Shown: positions 31,773 to 42,464 of the stretch, one piece after another
Layout of the letters: each line of letters starts with the position of its first letter
Numbering within the stretch: the first letter of the stretch is position 1
DNA from: an uncultured Acidobacteriota bacterium
GTDB lineage: Bacteria > Acidobacteriota > Thermoanaerobaculia > Gp7-AA8
Assembly: GCA_963822445.1 (NCBI GenBank)
Contig: CAWGHO010000002.1
Span: 1,120,001 to 1,184,000, forward strand
Reading direction: 5' to 3'
DNA length: 64,000 nt
Notes under the pieces: generated by a model
What the model was told of the DNA's origin: nothing
What the model saw: the letters and a program-made list of their open reading frames with translations, nothing else
The model's database searches: none
Program-made: the position numbers and the translations under genes

Positions 31773-34414
31773 TCTTTGGCGTCGTACCAGCTTTTTCCCC
31801 AGTGCGCGTCCACTGCCAGCGGCACCGCGAGCGGGAAGACGTTCTCCATGGTCTCCTTCACGATCCCCGCCACCTCGGCCGCGCTCGCCTCGGGCGTCTC
31901 GATGACGATCTCGTCGTGCACGGTCAGCAGCATGCGCGGACCGTCGCGTCGCGCGCCGAGGTTCTTCTCCAGCGCGATCATGGCCATCTTGAGGATGTCG
32001 GCGGCCGTTCCCTGAATCGGCGCGTTCGTGGCCATCCGCTCGGCGTTGCCGCGAACGGTGAACGAGCGATTCTGAATCTCAGGGATGTAACGCACCCGCC
32101 CGAACAGCGTCGTGACCTTGCCCGTGTTGCGCGCTTCGTTCAGCGTTCGCTCGAGGTACTCGTGAATCATCGGATAGCGCGAAAAGTACGCGTCGATCCA
32201 GTCCTTCGCCTGCGCGGTAGAGATGCTCAATTCGTTCGACAGCCGGAACGCGGACATGCCGTAGAGCACGCCGAAGTTGATGACCTTCGCCGCGCGGCGC
32301 TGCTCCGCGGTCAGCTCTTCCGGCGGAATGTTGAACATCTTCGAGGCCGTGGCCCGATGGATGTCCTCGCCGCGGCGGAAGGTCTCGATCAGCGACTCGT
32401 CATTGGAGATGTGCGCGAGGATGCGCAGCTCGACCTGTGAGTAATCCGCGGAGAGCAGCGACCAGCCTTCATCGGCGATGAAGGCCTTGCGGATCTCCCG
32501 GCCGGCCGCGGTGCGGATGGGGATGTTCTGCAGATTCGGATCGGAGGACGAGAGCCGCCCCGTCGCCGCGACGGCCTGGTTGAACGTGGTGTGCACGCGT
32601 CCGTCCTTGCCGACGATCTGCGGCAACGCGTCGACGTACGTTCCCTTGAGCTTGTGCAGCTCGCGATGCTGGAGGATGAGCTGCGGCACCGCGTACCCGT
32701 GCGACGCGAGCTCTTCGAGCACTTCCACGCTCGTCGAGTAGCTTTTCGTCGTTTTCGTTTTCTTGATGACCGGGTACTGGAGCTTCTCGAACAGGATCTG
32801 TCCGAGCTGCAGCGGCGAGTTGATGTTGAACTCCTGCCCCGCCTCGGCGTAGATCCGCGTCTCGAGCTCGGCCATCTGCTTGCCCATCGTGTTCGACATG
32901 GAGCGCAGCAGATTGGCGTCGATGCGGATGCCCCGCTCCTCCATCGCCGCGAGCACGGGAAACAGCGGCATCTCGATGCGCTCGTAGATGTCGACGAGCG
33001 CCGGTTCGCGGCGCAGCTCGGGCTCGAGAGCCGTGCGCAAGGCCATGGCCACGTCGGACTTTTCGCCGAGGTAATCGACGTAGGGGCCGAGCTTCGTGGC
33101 GCCGATCTCGTGCTCGAGCGCGAAGAGCGGCGCGGTCTTCGCCACGTCCTTGCGCACGAGGACATCCTGCTTGAGGCGGTCGCGGGCGATGTTGCCGAGG
33201 GCGTGGCTGGGGAGGCCGGGGTTGATGACGTAGGAGATCAACATCACGTCGACCCAGCGCGTCGGAACGGGCCAGCCGGCCGCGGCCAGTCGTCGCGATT
33301 GCGCCTTCGCGTCGTACGTCACGAACTCGCGGTCCTGCGCGAAGAGCTCCTTCAGCGCGGGAACGAATTCGGGTTCGTTCGGAACCAGCAGCGACTCGGA
33401 AGGTTTGATCGAAAGCGAGACTGCCATCGGGGCGTCGAAGCCTTCGATCGTTTCCGGCTCGATCCAGACCGCGACCGCGCCGTCGCCTTTCACGAATTCG
33501 CGAACGTCATCGGCCGACGCGGCAATGCGGAAGTCCTTCGGCACCGCCGGCGCCTCGGGCAGAAACTCCTGCATCAGCGACGCGAACTCGAGCCTCGAGA
33601 AGATGTCGTGCAGCTTCGCGCGATCGGGCTCGGTGCGCTTGAGCGTCTCGAAGTCGATGTTCAGATCGAGATCGCATTTGATCTTCGCCAGCTCGCGGGA
33701 GAGGAAGGCCTTCTCGCGATTCTCCTCGAGCTTCTTGCGCATGGCCGGCTTGCCGACCTTGTCGAGATTTGCGTAGACGTCTTCGAGCGATCCGAACTCC
33801 TGGATGAGGCCTTTCGCGCCCTTCTCGCCGATGCCGGGGACGCCGGGGATGTTGTCGATGGCATCGCCCCAGATCGCCATCACATCGACGACTTTCTCCG
33901 GCGGCAACCCGAACGCCTCGGCCACGCCCTTCGCGTCGTACATCACCTCGCGGCCGGTGTGGTACAGGCGGATGCCGTCGCCCACGAGCTGGAAGAAGTC
34001 CTTGTCCGAGGTGGCGATGACGACGTCGTAGCCGCGGTCGCGGGCGGTGCAGGCCAGCGAGCCGATGAAGTCGTCCGCTTCCCATTCGATCGAGCGGATG
34101 ACGGGGATGCGAAAGCCGTCCAGGACCTCGTAGACCAACGGAACCTGCACGACCAGGTCGTCCGGCATCGGCTTGCGGTCTTTCTTGTAGTCGGCGAACT
34201 GGGAGGTGCGGGCCGTTTCCTGCCCCTCATCGAAGGCGACGGCGATGCAGTCCGGATTGTTGTCCTTGAGGAGCTTGCGGAGGGTGGTGACGAAGCCGTA
34301 GACCGCGTTCGTCGCGAACCCGGACGAGTTCGTCAGGTTCCGGATGGCGTAGTAGGAGCGGTAGATGTTGTTCGAGCCGTCGATGATGAAGAGGCTCGGG
34401 CGTTTCGAGGGCAT
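31769..34414 (-). CDS. polA: DNA polymerase I
   Basis: IIDGSNNIYRSY, EADD, GDAIDNIPGVPGIGEK, TGRLSSSDPNLQNIP, DYSQVELR, AKVINFGVLYG, VHDE. Confidence 0.97.
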   Translation of the reverse strand: MPSKRPSLFIIDGSNNIYRSYYAIRNLTNSSGFATNAVYGFVTTLRKLLKDNNPDCIAVAFDEGQETARTSQFADYKKDRKPMPDDLVVQVPLVYEVLDGFRIPVIRSIEWEADDFIGSLACTARDRGYDVVIATSDKDFFQLVGDGIRLYHTGREVMYDAKGVAEAFGLPPEKVVDVMAIWGDAIDNIPGVPGIGEKGAKGLIQEFGSLEDVYANLDKVGKPAMRKKLEENREKAFLSRELAKIKCDLDLNIDFETLKRTEPDRAKLHDIFSRLEFASLMQEFLPEAPAVPKDFRIAASADDVREFVKGDGAVAVWIEPETIEGFDAPMAVSLSIKPSESLLVPNEPEFVPALKELFAQDREFVTYDAKAQSRRLAAAGWPVPTRWVDVMLISYVINPGLPSHALGNIARDRLKQDVLVRKDVAKTAPLFALEHEIGATKLGPYVDYLGEKSDVAMALRTALEPELRREPALVDIYERIEMPLFPVLAAMEERGIRIDANLLRSMSNTMGKQMAELETRIYAEAGQEFNINSPLQLGQILFEKLQYPVIKKTKTTKSYSTSVEVLEELASHGYAVPQLILQHRELHKLKGTYVDALPQIVGKDGRVHTTFNQAVAATGRLSSSDPNLQNIPIRTAAGREIRKAFIADEGWSLLSADYSQVELRILAHISNDESLIETFRRGEDIHRATASKMFNIPPEELTAEQRRAAKVINFGVLYGMSAFRLSNELSISTAQAKDWIDAYFSRYPMIHEYLERTLNEARNTGKVTTLFGRVRYIPEIQNRSFTVRGNAERMATNAPIQGTAADILKMAMIALEKNLGARRDGPRMLLTVHDEIVIETPEASAAEVAGIVKETMENVFPLAVPLAVDAHWGKSWYDAKE

Positions 34415-34444
34415 GGACGCGGGATTTTATAGCTATGCCCTGAA

Positions 34445-34760
34445 AGCACTAACGGAGCCTTTCGGCTCCGTTTGTGGTAATGCGTTGGACCGCTGCGGCC
34501 AGTAGGTGGGGTTCAAGGAAGCTAAGTGAGTAATCGTCCAAAATCGGTCCAATAGTCAAGGAGGGAGCCCGCAGCGGCCACTTGGCGCAGGCGAATCAGA
34601 TGGGACCCGCGCAAGTGCGGTTTCGAGGTCTTGTTCGAAACCTGAATCATCGTGATCCTCGTCACTGCTAGATAGCTGCCAACTTCGGATTCCTGGCCGG
34701 AAATCGCGCCTGGTCGCGTCGCATCCAGCGAGCGCAACCGCCGAACTCTCAGCAATCAAG
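34445..34760 (-). ncRNA. Candidate structured non-coding RNA (family not recognised)
   Basis: Six near-contiguous hairpins ending in a GAAA-capped hairpin; wobble pairs form only on the minus strand; no convincing ORF. Confidence 0.45.
34451..34472 (-). terminator. Terminator-like hairpin just upstream of the polA -10 box
   Basis: AACGGAGCC-GAAA-GGCTCCGTT; the U tract is weak. Confidence 0.6.
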
Positions 34761-34835
34761 ACAGATATGGCGGTCGCTTGTGAAAAAAAGCGCAACCGAC
34801 CCGGTTCCGTATTCGTTGGAAACTTTTTCCATCAC

Positions 34836-34851
34836 TGGCTCTACGGTTGCA
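34836..34851 (+). promoter_or_regulatory. sigma54-like promoter for the outer-membrane protein gene
   Basis: TGGCTCTACGGTTGCA, 16 nt before ATG. Confidence 0.6.
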
Positions 34852-34867
34852 ATTCTGACCACCCGCC

Positions 34868-35533
34868 ATGAAGAAAAAACTGACCATCCCCTTCCTCCTG
34901 CTGGCTTTCGCCCTCCCGGCCGCCGCCCAGAACTGGAGCATCGGCGTCCGCAGCGGGGCTTTCGTCTTCGGCGACTTCGTCGAGCGCAGGCTCCGGCCGG
35001 CCGCCGGCGGGTCCGGAGATGAGCCAGTCACCTACACCCTGTCCGCGGAGACCCGCCCCGGGCTGGCCGTCGACCTCGAGCGCCAGCTCGGAGAGCGCTG
35101 GGCTTTCCGCCTGGAAGGCACGTTCACCACCTCCCCGCTGACCTTCGAGGACAGCTCCGAGAACGGCACGGACATCCGCTCCGGCGACATCGACGTCACC
35201 ACCTTCACCGTCCCGCTCGTGTTCCGGATCAACCCCAAGGGCGCCTTCCGCTTCCACCTCATGGCCGGGCCGGCCTACGCGATGTACAAATTCGAGCCGC
35301 CGGACCGCATCACGCCGATCACGGTGGCCGAAAGGACCCGCAACGAATGGGGTGCGATGGCCGGCGGCGGCATCACCTGGCACGTCAGCGAGCGATTCGG
35401 GATCGAAGGATCGATCTCCGACATCGTGACGACGTCGCCATTCGACGAGGGGGACACCGAGGACCTGCCCGGATTCGACATCCCCAAACCGCACAACATT
35501 CACACGACGGTGGGGATCAGATATCGCTTCTGA
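34868..35533 (+). CDS. Outer-membrane beta-barrel protein (OmpW-like)
   Basis: Signal peptide, alternating amphipathic strands, C-terminal GIRYRF. Confidence 0.85.
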   Translation: MKKKLTIPFLLLAFALPAAAQNWSIGVRSGAFVFGDFVERRLRPAAGGSGDEPVTYTLSAETRPGLAVDLERQLGERWAFRLEGTFTTSPLTFEDSSENGTDIRSGDIDVTTFTVPLVFRINPKGAFRFHLMAGPAYAMYKFEPPDRITPITVAERTRNEWGAMAGGGITWHVSERFGIEGSISDIVTTSPFDEGDTEDLPGFDIPKPHNIHTTVGIRYRF

Positions 35534-35541
35534 CGACCAGC

Positions 35542-35614
35542 GAGTTACGAGGTCGCGGGGTTACGAGGTTTCGAGGTCCCACCCCGTAACCTCGTAACCC
35601 CGTAACCGCAACTC
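35542..35614. repeat. Octamer tandem-repeat palindrome (GGTTACGA)n ... (YCGTAACC)n
   Basis: GAGTTACGAGGTCGCGGGGTTACGAGGTTTCGAGG then CCCCGTAACCTCGTAACCCCGTAACC, between convergent genes. Confidence 0.8.
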
Positions 35615-35807
35615 ACTCAACCAGCGAATTCAGATCGCGCAACAGCCCCTCCAGCGGGATGCCGTACCCGGTCGCGACCTCTTCGAGCGTCTCGCCGCTC
35701 GCCCGCTCGCAGCCGTTGCAGCCGCCGATGTGGTACGCGGCAAAGACCCAGCGCGCCTTCGGATGAAGGGTCAGCGCGTCGGCAACCACGGTCTGGGGCT
35801 CGAACAT
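35613..35807 (-). CDS. DUF1858/ScdA-N-like small CxxC protein
   Basis: 64 aa: VADALTLHP...VF...GGCNGC...ETLEEVA..YGIPLE.LL.DLN. Confidence 0.75.
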   Translation of the reverse strand: MFEPQTVVADALTLHPKARWVFAAYHIGGCNGCERASGETLEEVATGYGIPLEGLLRDLNSLVE

Positions 35808-35816
35808 CGGGGCGTA

Positions 35817-35832
35817 ATTCTATCGATAGAAT
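35817..35832. promoter_or_regulatory. Bidirectional -10 palindrome
   Basis: ATTCTATCGATAGAAT gives TAGAAT on both strands, 9 and 7 nt before the two divergent ATGs. Confidence 0.7.
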
Positions 35833-35839
35833 GCCGGTC

Positions 35840-36085
35840 ATGAAGGTCCGGCTGCTGTTTTTTGCCGTGCTCCGCGACATCGCCGGCGCCGACCGCCGCG
35901 AGCTGTCTTTGCCGAACGGAACCACGGCGCGGGACGTGTGGCAATCGCTGCAGACGGAGTTCGCGAAGCTCGCCGACTTCACCCAGCCGCCGATGACCGC
36001 CGTCAATGAGAGCTACGCCGATCCCGACGTGGTTTTGCGCGATGGCGATGAGCTGGCGTTCATCCCCCCGGTGGCGGGCGGATGA
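35840..36085 (+). CDS. moaD: Molybdopterin synthase sulfur-carrier subunit
   Basis: LFFAVLRD, AVNESY, C-terminal PPVAGG. Confidence 0.92.
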   Translation: MKVRLLFFAVLRDIAGADRRELSLPNGTTARDVWQSLQTEFAKLADFTQPPMTAVNESYADPDVVLRDGDELAFIPPVAGG

Positions 36086-36498
36086 CCTACCTCACCGACG
36101 AACCGATCGACGCGAAGGCCCTCGTCGACCAGGTCATGCGCAAATCCGACGGCGCCTACGTCCTCTTCGAAGGCGTGGTCCGCAATCATCACGATGGAAA
36201 AGCAGTCGAGTCGATCTTCTACGACGCCTACCGTCCGATGGCCGAAAAGGAAATGGACAAGATCGTGCGCGAGGTCGAAGCGCAGTTTCCCGACGTCGCC
36301 GTCACCGTCGTCCACCGCCTCGGCCACCTCATCATCGGCGACTCGTCGATCGCCATCGTCGCGGCGTCGCCTCATCGTGCCGAGGCTTTCGGGGCTGCCC
36401 GGATGATGATCGATCGGATCAAAGAGACAGTGCCCATCTGGAAGAAAGAGCGCGGCCCCGGCGGCGAGGAATGGGTGGGATGGCAGGGCCGGTGCTGA
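36082..36498 (+). CDS. moaE: Molybdopterin synthase catalytic subunit
   Basis: FEGVVRNH, HRLGHL, SPHRAEAF, PIWKKE. Confidence 0.93.
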   Translation: MTYLTDEPIDAKALVDQVMRKSDGAYVLFEGVVRNHHDGKAVESIFYDAYRPMAEKEMDKIVREVEAQFPDVAVTVVHRLGHLIIGDSSIAIVAASPHRAEAFGAARMMIDRIKETVPIWKKERGPGGEEWVGWQGRC

Positions 36499-37007
36499 CG
36501 CCCCTTCCCGCCGCGAGCGTCATCGTGCTCCGCGACAACCCGCTCGAAGTGCTTCTGCTGCGCCGCAACGAGAAGAGCTCCTTCGTGCCGAATGCGTGGG
36601 TGTTTCCCGGCGGCGTGATCGAGCGCGACGAAACGCCGGAGGCCGCCGCGGTGCGCGAGACGTTCGAGGAAGCGGGGCTGGTGATCGATCCCGCGTCGCT
36701 GGTCCTCACCTCGCGCTGGATCACCCCGGTCGGCATCCCGAAGCGATTCGACACCTGGTTCTTTCTGGCGAAGGCGGAACGCGACGCAGAAGTCACCATC
36801 GATCAGCAGGAGATCGTCGAGTCGATGTGGATCGCGCCCGCGGACGCCCTTTCGCGTCGCGATCTGAAGCTCGTCTTCCCGACGATCAAGAATCTCCAGG
36901 CGCTGACCGGTTTCGGCTCCGCGGCGGCGGTGATGGCCTCGCGCGCGAACGCGATCGTCGAACCGATCCAACCGATCCTCGTCGACGGAAAACCGACGCT
37001 GCCATGA
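36492..37007 (+). CDS. Nudix hydrolase
   Basis: VFPGG...AAVRETFEEAG Nudix box; WITP...RFDTWFF. Confidence 0.88.
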   Translation: MLTPLPAASVIVLRDNPLEVLLLRRNEKSSFVPNAWVFPGGVIERDETPEAAAVRETFEEAGLVIDPASLVLTSRWITPVGIPKRFDTWFFLAKAERDAEVTIDQQEIVESMWIAPADALSRRDLKLVFPTIKNLQALTGFGSAAAVMASRANAIVEPIQPILVDGKPTLP

Positions 37008-37744
37008 TCATCCGCAGCATCACCGCGCCGAATCCCGGTCCCTTCACCCTCGACGGCACCCAGACCTACCTCCTCGGAGAAACCGCGGTGCTCGATCCCG
37101 GCCCGAACATCGATTCGCATGTCGCCGCGATCCGCGCCGCGCTGCCCAATCTTCGCTTGATTCTGATCACCCATCGTCACGGCGATCACGCTCCCGCCGC
37201 GCTGCCGCTGAAGCAGGCCACCGGCGCGCAGATCCTCGCGCCACGCAACGTTCTCGAGGATACGCAGGTCGATCGTCGCATCGTCGGCGGCGAGACGCTG
37301 CACATCGAGGGCGTGGACATCGACGTGATCACCACGCCCGGGCACACGAACGAGCACGTCTGCTACCTCACGTCCGAAGGGGACCTCTTCACCGGCGACA
37401 CGATCCTCGGTGCCGGCACGACAGCGATCTTTCCACCCGACGGACACATGGGCGATTACCTCCGCTCCCTGCACACGCTCCGCGCGCGCAACCCGAAGCG
37501 GATCTATCCCGCACACGGTCCGGTTCGCGAGGACGCGATCGCGCTGATCGACCAGTACATCGCCCACCGCCTCGAGCGCGAGCGGCAGGTGCTGGCAGCG
37601 CACGAATCAGGCGCGAGAACGCCCGCGGCCATGCGCGCGCGGATCTATCCCGATCTCGATGAACGGCTGCACGGCGCCGCGGAGATTCAGATCGAGGCGC
37701 ACCTGGTGAAGTTGAAAGAAGAGGGGCGGATCAGCGCGGGATGA
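37004..37744 (+). CDS. MBL-fold metallohydrolase (LACTB2-like)
   Basis: APNPGPFTLDGTQTY, THRHGDH, TPGHT, TGD, PAHG. Confidence 0.9.
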   Translation: MIIRSITAPNPGPFTLDGTQTYLLGETAVLDPGPNIDSHVAAIRAALPNLRLILITHRHGDHAPAALPLKQATGAQILAPRNVLEDTQVDRRIVGGETLHIEGVDIDVITTPGHTNEHVCYLTSEGDLFTGDTILGAGTTAIFPPDGHMGDYLRSLHTLRARNPKRIYPAHGPVREDAIALIDQYIAHRLERERQVLAAHESGARTPAAMRARIYPDLDERLHGAAEIQIEAHLVKLKEEGRISAG

Positions 37745-38186
37745 CGCTCCGCAAAAACGACTTGTTCACGTAGTACGTCTGCTGATCGTCATCGTCAATC
37801 CGCAGAAAGAGCTCGTGCGTGTCGTTCAGCACGTCCGAGATGCGCGACTGCTCCCGCGGGCGATCGATCGGAATCACTCCCTCGATACGCGTTCCGTCGC
37901 TCAGCTCGACGATGGTCAGCTTCTCGATGATGGTCATCTCCAGCTCGACCACATCAGGCAGCTTCTCGTAGCGCACCCAGAGGATCTGCTCGCGGTTGAT
38001 CATCTTCGGCACGCCCGCGGCGACCATCGGGAAGAAGCGGCGCTTGCCGTTGAGATAGTCGGCGACGGTCTCCGGACCCTCGCGGCGGTCCGAAAACGGG
38101 GCGAGGTACAGGAAATGCTCCTCAGGCTCGAGACCCGAGAGAGCCACCGTGACGGCGACCTCGATCATCGGAACCTGAAAAGCCAT
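37731..38186 (-). CDS. Hypothetical protein with internal duplication
   Basis: ETVADYLN..RRFFPM...MINREQILWV is echoed by SRISDVLN..ELFLRI...YVNKSFLRSV. Confidence 0.72.
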   Translation of the reverse strand: MAFQVPMIEVAVTVALSGLEPEEHFLYLAPFSDRREGPETVADYLNGKRRFFPMVAAGVPKMINREQILWVRYEKLPDVVELEMTIIEKLTIVELSDGTRIEGVIPIDRPREQSRISDVLNDTHELFLRIDDDDQQTYYVNKSFLRSVIPR

Positions 38187-38208
38187 CGCCGGAGATAATA
38201 CGCGCCCT

Positions 38209-39141
38209 ATGGCTCACAAAGACTTCATCGAAGTACACGACTACACCGCAGACGAAGTGCGCGAGATCTTCGAGCTCGCCCGCGACATGAAGGCGAACCG
38301 GCAGAAATACGCCGACGCGCTGAAGGGCCAGACCCTGGCGATGATCTTCGAGAAATCATCGACCCGCACGCGCGTCTCCTTCGAAGTGGGCATGTACCAG
38401 CTCGGCGGTCACGCGCTGTTCCTGTCCGCCCGCGACATCCAGCTCGGCCGCGGCGAGCCGATCACCGACACGGCCAAAGTCCTCTCGCGCTACGTCGACG
38501 GCATCATGGCCCGCACCTTCGCCCACAAGACCGTGACCGATCTCGCCGAATACGCGAGCGTCCCGGTCATCAACGGCCTCACCGATCTCTCCCACCCCTG
38601 CCAATCGATGACCGATTACTTCACCGCCTGGGAGCACTTTGGCGGCGAGCTGAAAGGCCGCAAGATCGCCTACGTCGGCGACGGCAACAACATGGCTCAC
38701 TCGCTGATGTACGCCGCCTCGAAAGTGGGGATGGACATCACCGTCGCCACGCCATCCGGTTACAAGCCCGACGCGGAAGTCGTCGCGATTTCCGAGGCGG
38801 ATGCGCAGGCTGCGGGAACGAAGATGCATGTCACCGATTCGATCGAAGAAGCGATCGCGGATGCGGACATCGTCGAGACCGACGTCTGGGCGTCGATGGG
38901 ACAGGAAGACGAAGCCGAGAAGCGCCGCCGTGATTTCGAAGGCTGGATGATCGACGAGCGGCTGATGGGGCTCGCGAAAAAAGACGCGATCTTCCTGCAT
39001 TGCCTCCCCGCGCATCGCGGCGAAGAAGTGTCCGCGGCGGTGATCGACGGACCGCAGTCGGTGATCTACGACGAGGCCGAGAATCGCCTGCACGTTCAGA
39101 AAGCGATCATGTACACGCTGATGAAGGACCGCCGGAAGTAG
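38209..39141 (+). CDS. argF: Ornithine carbamoyltransferase
   Basis: SSTRTRVSF, HPCQ, GDGNNM, HCLPAHRG, AENR. Confidence 0.96.
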   Translation: MAHKDFIEVHDYTADEVREIFELARDMKANRQKYADALKGQTLAMIFEKSSTRTRVSFEVGMYQLGGHALFLSARDIQLGRGEPITDTAKVLSRYVDGIMARTFAHKTVTDLAEYASVPVINGLTDLSHPCQSMTDYFTAWEHFGGELKGRKIAYVGDGNNMAHSLMYAASKVGMDITVATPSGYKPDAEVVAISEADAQAAGTKMHVTDSIEEAIADADIVETDVWASMGQEDEAEKRRRDFEGWMIDERLMGLAKKDAIFLHCLPAHRGEEVSAAVIDGPQSVIYDEAENRLHVQKAIMYTLMKDRRK

Positions 39142-40141
39142 ATGGCCGACGCCGCAACGCGCCACGGTCGAGGCCTGGCGGTCGTCATCGCCCTGGCCCT
39201 CGATCTTCTTCGTCCTCCTCGGCATGATCGTCCTGAGGAGCGGCAAGGGCGATGACGGCGAGGTGGCCCGCGGCACGGAGACTTTGACCGTTCTGCCGAT
39301 GCGCATCCGCATCCGCACCGAGCCGCATGCGCGCGCGGCCGTCGTGACCACCGCTACCAGCGGCGAGCAACTGACGCTCGTCGAAGACCGCGGCGGCTGG
39401 GTGCAGGTGAAAACGAATGACAACCTCACCGGCTGGGCGGAGCGCGCCAATCTCGAGCGCATCGCCGAGACCAAGCGCCGCATCGCGCGTTACGAGGCCA
39501 TCCGCAAGCTTCCGCCGCTCAAAGGCGTGATCACCGAACGGACGCAGCTGTACGCGGGGCCAGGCATCTTCTATCCGCTCGTCGGCGACGTGGCCGACGG
39601 CGCGGACGTCGTGGTCTACACCCGCGATCACGATTTCTACGCGATCGAGCATGGAACCGCGGTCGCCTACGCAAGTGTCGAAGCAGTGGACGTGACGGCC
39701 TCGGGATCGCGCCAGCTCGACGTCCAGACCTCGAGCACCGCGCCAACGATCACCGACACGACCGCGACCTTGCCGCCGATCGCCGAAACGGCGCTCGAGC
39801 CGCCCATTTCAGAGACGGTCAGCGAGCCCACGCCGGTCGAGACCTCGCAGGTCTACACGGCGGTTCCTGTCGGCGGGACGCAGCCCGAGGAGGTTGATCG
39901 GGTTGTTCCGCGTTACCCGATGGCTGCGCGAAATGCTCGCGTGCAGGGGCCGGTCGTCGTTCGCGGCATCGTCCGGCGCGACGGCACCATCGACAACGTC
40001 GAAGTCATCAAAGACCTCCCGTACGGCCTCGGCGATGAAGCGCGCCGCGCCGTAAGCCGCTGGCGTTTCCGTCCGGCGACGTATCGCGGCGAGCCGATCG
40101 ACGTTTACTACACGGTGACCGTGAATTTCAGACTGCAGTAA
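39142..40141 (+). CDS. Membrane-anchored SH3b plus TonB-C domain protein (apparent frameshift near 39200)
   Basis: N-terminal TM, two SH3-like modules (GWVQVKT...TGW), YPMAARNARVQGPV...WRFRPA. Confidence 0.8.
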
Positions 40142-40158
40142 CGCGTTCAAACGCGTCC

Positions 40159-41088
40159 ATGTCCCGCTTCGCTTTTCCCGACGCACCCGGCGACCTCATC
40201 GGCGCGCACCTGTCCACCAAGGGCGGGCTGCACACGATTTTCGACCGGGCCACGGAGATCAACGCAACTGCCGCGGCGCTCTTCGCGAAGAACTCCAACC
40301 AGTGGAAAGGCAAGGAGCTGACCGACGCAGACTGCGCGCTGTTCACCGAGAAGCGAACCGTCCGCCCTCTGCTGACGCACGCGTCGTATCTGATCAACCT
40401 GGCCACGACGAATGCCGAGTTTCATCGCAAATCCATCGCCGCCATCGCCGATGAGCTCGACCGCGCGGAACGCCTCGGCATTCACGCCGTCGTCCTGCAT
40501 CCCGGCGCGCACATGGGAGCGGGCGGTGAGGCGGCCATCGATCAAATCGCGCGGTCGCTCGACACGGTTCACGCGATGCTGCCCAACCACCGCGCGGTGA
40601 CGTTGCTCGAGACCGCGGCGGGCCAAGGCTCCTGCGTCGGCTGCACGTTCGAAGAGCTGGGACAGATGATCGCCCGCGTCGACGACAAGCGCCGCGTCGG
40701 CATCTGCTTCGACACCTGCCACGTCTTCGCGGCCGGCTACGACCTGCGCACGCGAGACGGGTACGAACGGACCATCGATGAAATGGAGCGCCACGTCGGC
40801 CTCGACAACGTCGGCGCCTTCCACCTGAACGACTCCAAGAAGCCCCTCGGCTCCCGCGTCGACCGTCATCAGCACATCGGCGAAGGCGAGCTCGGACTCG
40901 AGCCGTTCCGCTTCCTGCTCAACGATCCCCGCTTCGCTCGCATCCCGAAACTGCTGGAGACGCCGAAGCCGGTGGAGCATGAGTCGGATCGGAGGAACCT
41001 CGCGGTGTTGAGGTCCCTCGTTGGGGAGTCGCAAAGTCGCAGAGTCTCAAAGTCGCAGAGGCCGGCCGCCCGCCGGGTTTCTCTCTGA
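40159..41088 (+). CDS. nfo: Endonuclease IV
   Basis: GAHLS, HASYLINL, LETAAGQG, DTCH, HLNDS, DRHQHIG, LETP. Confidence 0.95.
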   Translation: MSRFAFPDAPGDLIGAHLSTKGGLHTIFDRATEINATAAALFAKNSNQWKGKELTDADCALFTEKRTVRPLLTHASYLINLATTNAEFHRKSIAAIADELDRAERLGIHAVVLHPGAHMGAGGEAAIDQIARSLDTVHAMLPNHRAVTLLETAAGQGSCVGCTFEELGQMIARVDDKRRVGICFDTCHVFAAGYDLRTRDGYERTIDEMERHVGLDNVGAFHLNDSKKPLGSRVDRHQHIGEGELGLEPFRFLLNDPRFARIPKLLETPKPVEHESDRRNLAVLRSLVGESQSRRVSKSQRPAARRVSL

Positions 41089-41118
41089 GACTCTGAGACT
41101 TTGAGACTCTGAGACTTT
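41026..41118. repeat. Octamer tandem-repeat palindrome (AGTCKCAR)n ... (YTGAGACT)n overlapping the nfo 3' end
   Basis: AGTCGCAA AGTCGCAG AGTCTCAA AGTCGCAG, spacer, CTGAGACT CTGAGACT TTGAGACT CTGAGACT. Confidence 0.85.
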
Positions 41119-41137
41119 CGTCTAAAGTCCCGGCGCC

Positions 41138-42370
<1,233 letters not shown>

Positions 42371-42373
<3 letters not shown>

Positions 42374-42410
42374 GAGTGCGGCGGCAAAGCCGCCGCTTTG
42401 GTAGGGGCTC
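42371..42410 (+). repeat. Left REP of the RAYT locus
   Basis: TA-GGAG-T-GCGGCGGC-AAA-GCCGCCGC-TTTG. Confidence 0.85.
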
Positions 42411-42464
42411 TACTCGCCGTAGAGAAACGCTCGGTCTCCCAGTTCCCGAGGGATCCTCGGATTC

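Noticed and set aside
34670-34700. CAGG...CCGAAG...GCAGC resemblance to SRP RNA domain IV, and CCTTGAACC (34509-34517) resemblance to 6S RNA
   Set aside because: The required GNRA-capped stem and flanking helices of SRP, and the single long rod of 6S, do not form.
28086-36498. Selenoprotein (UGA read-through) genes near selB
   Set aside because: The redox motifs seen use Cys (CNGC, CHWC); no in-frame UGA followed by continued homology was found by eye.
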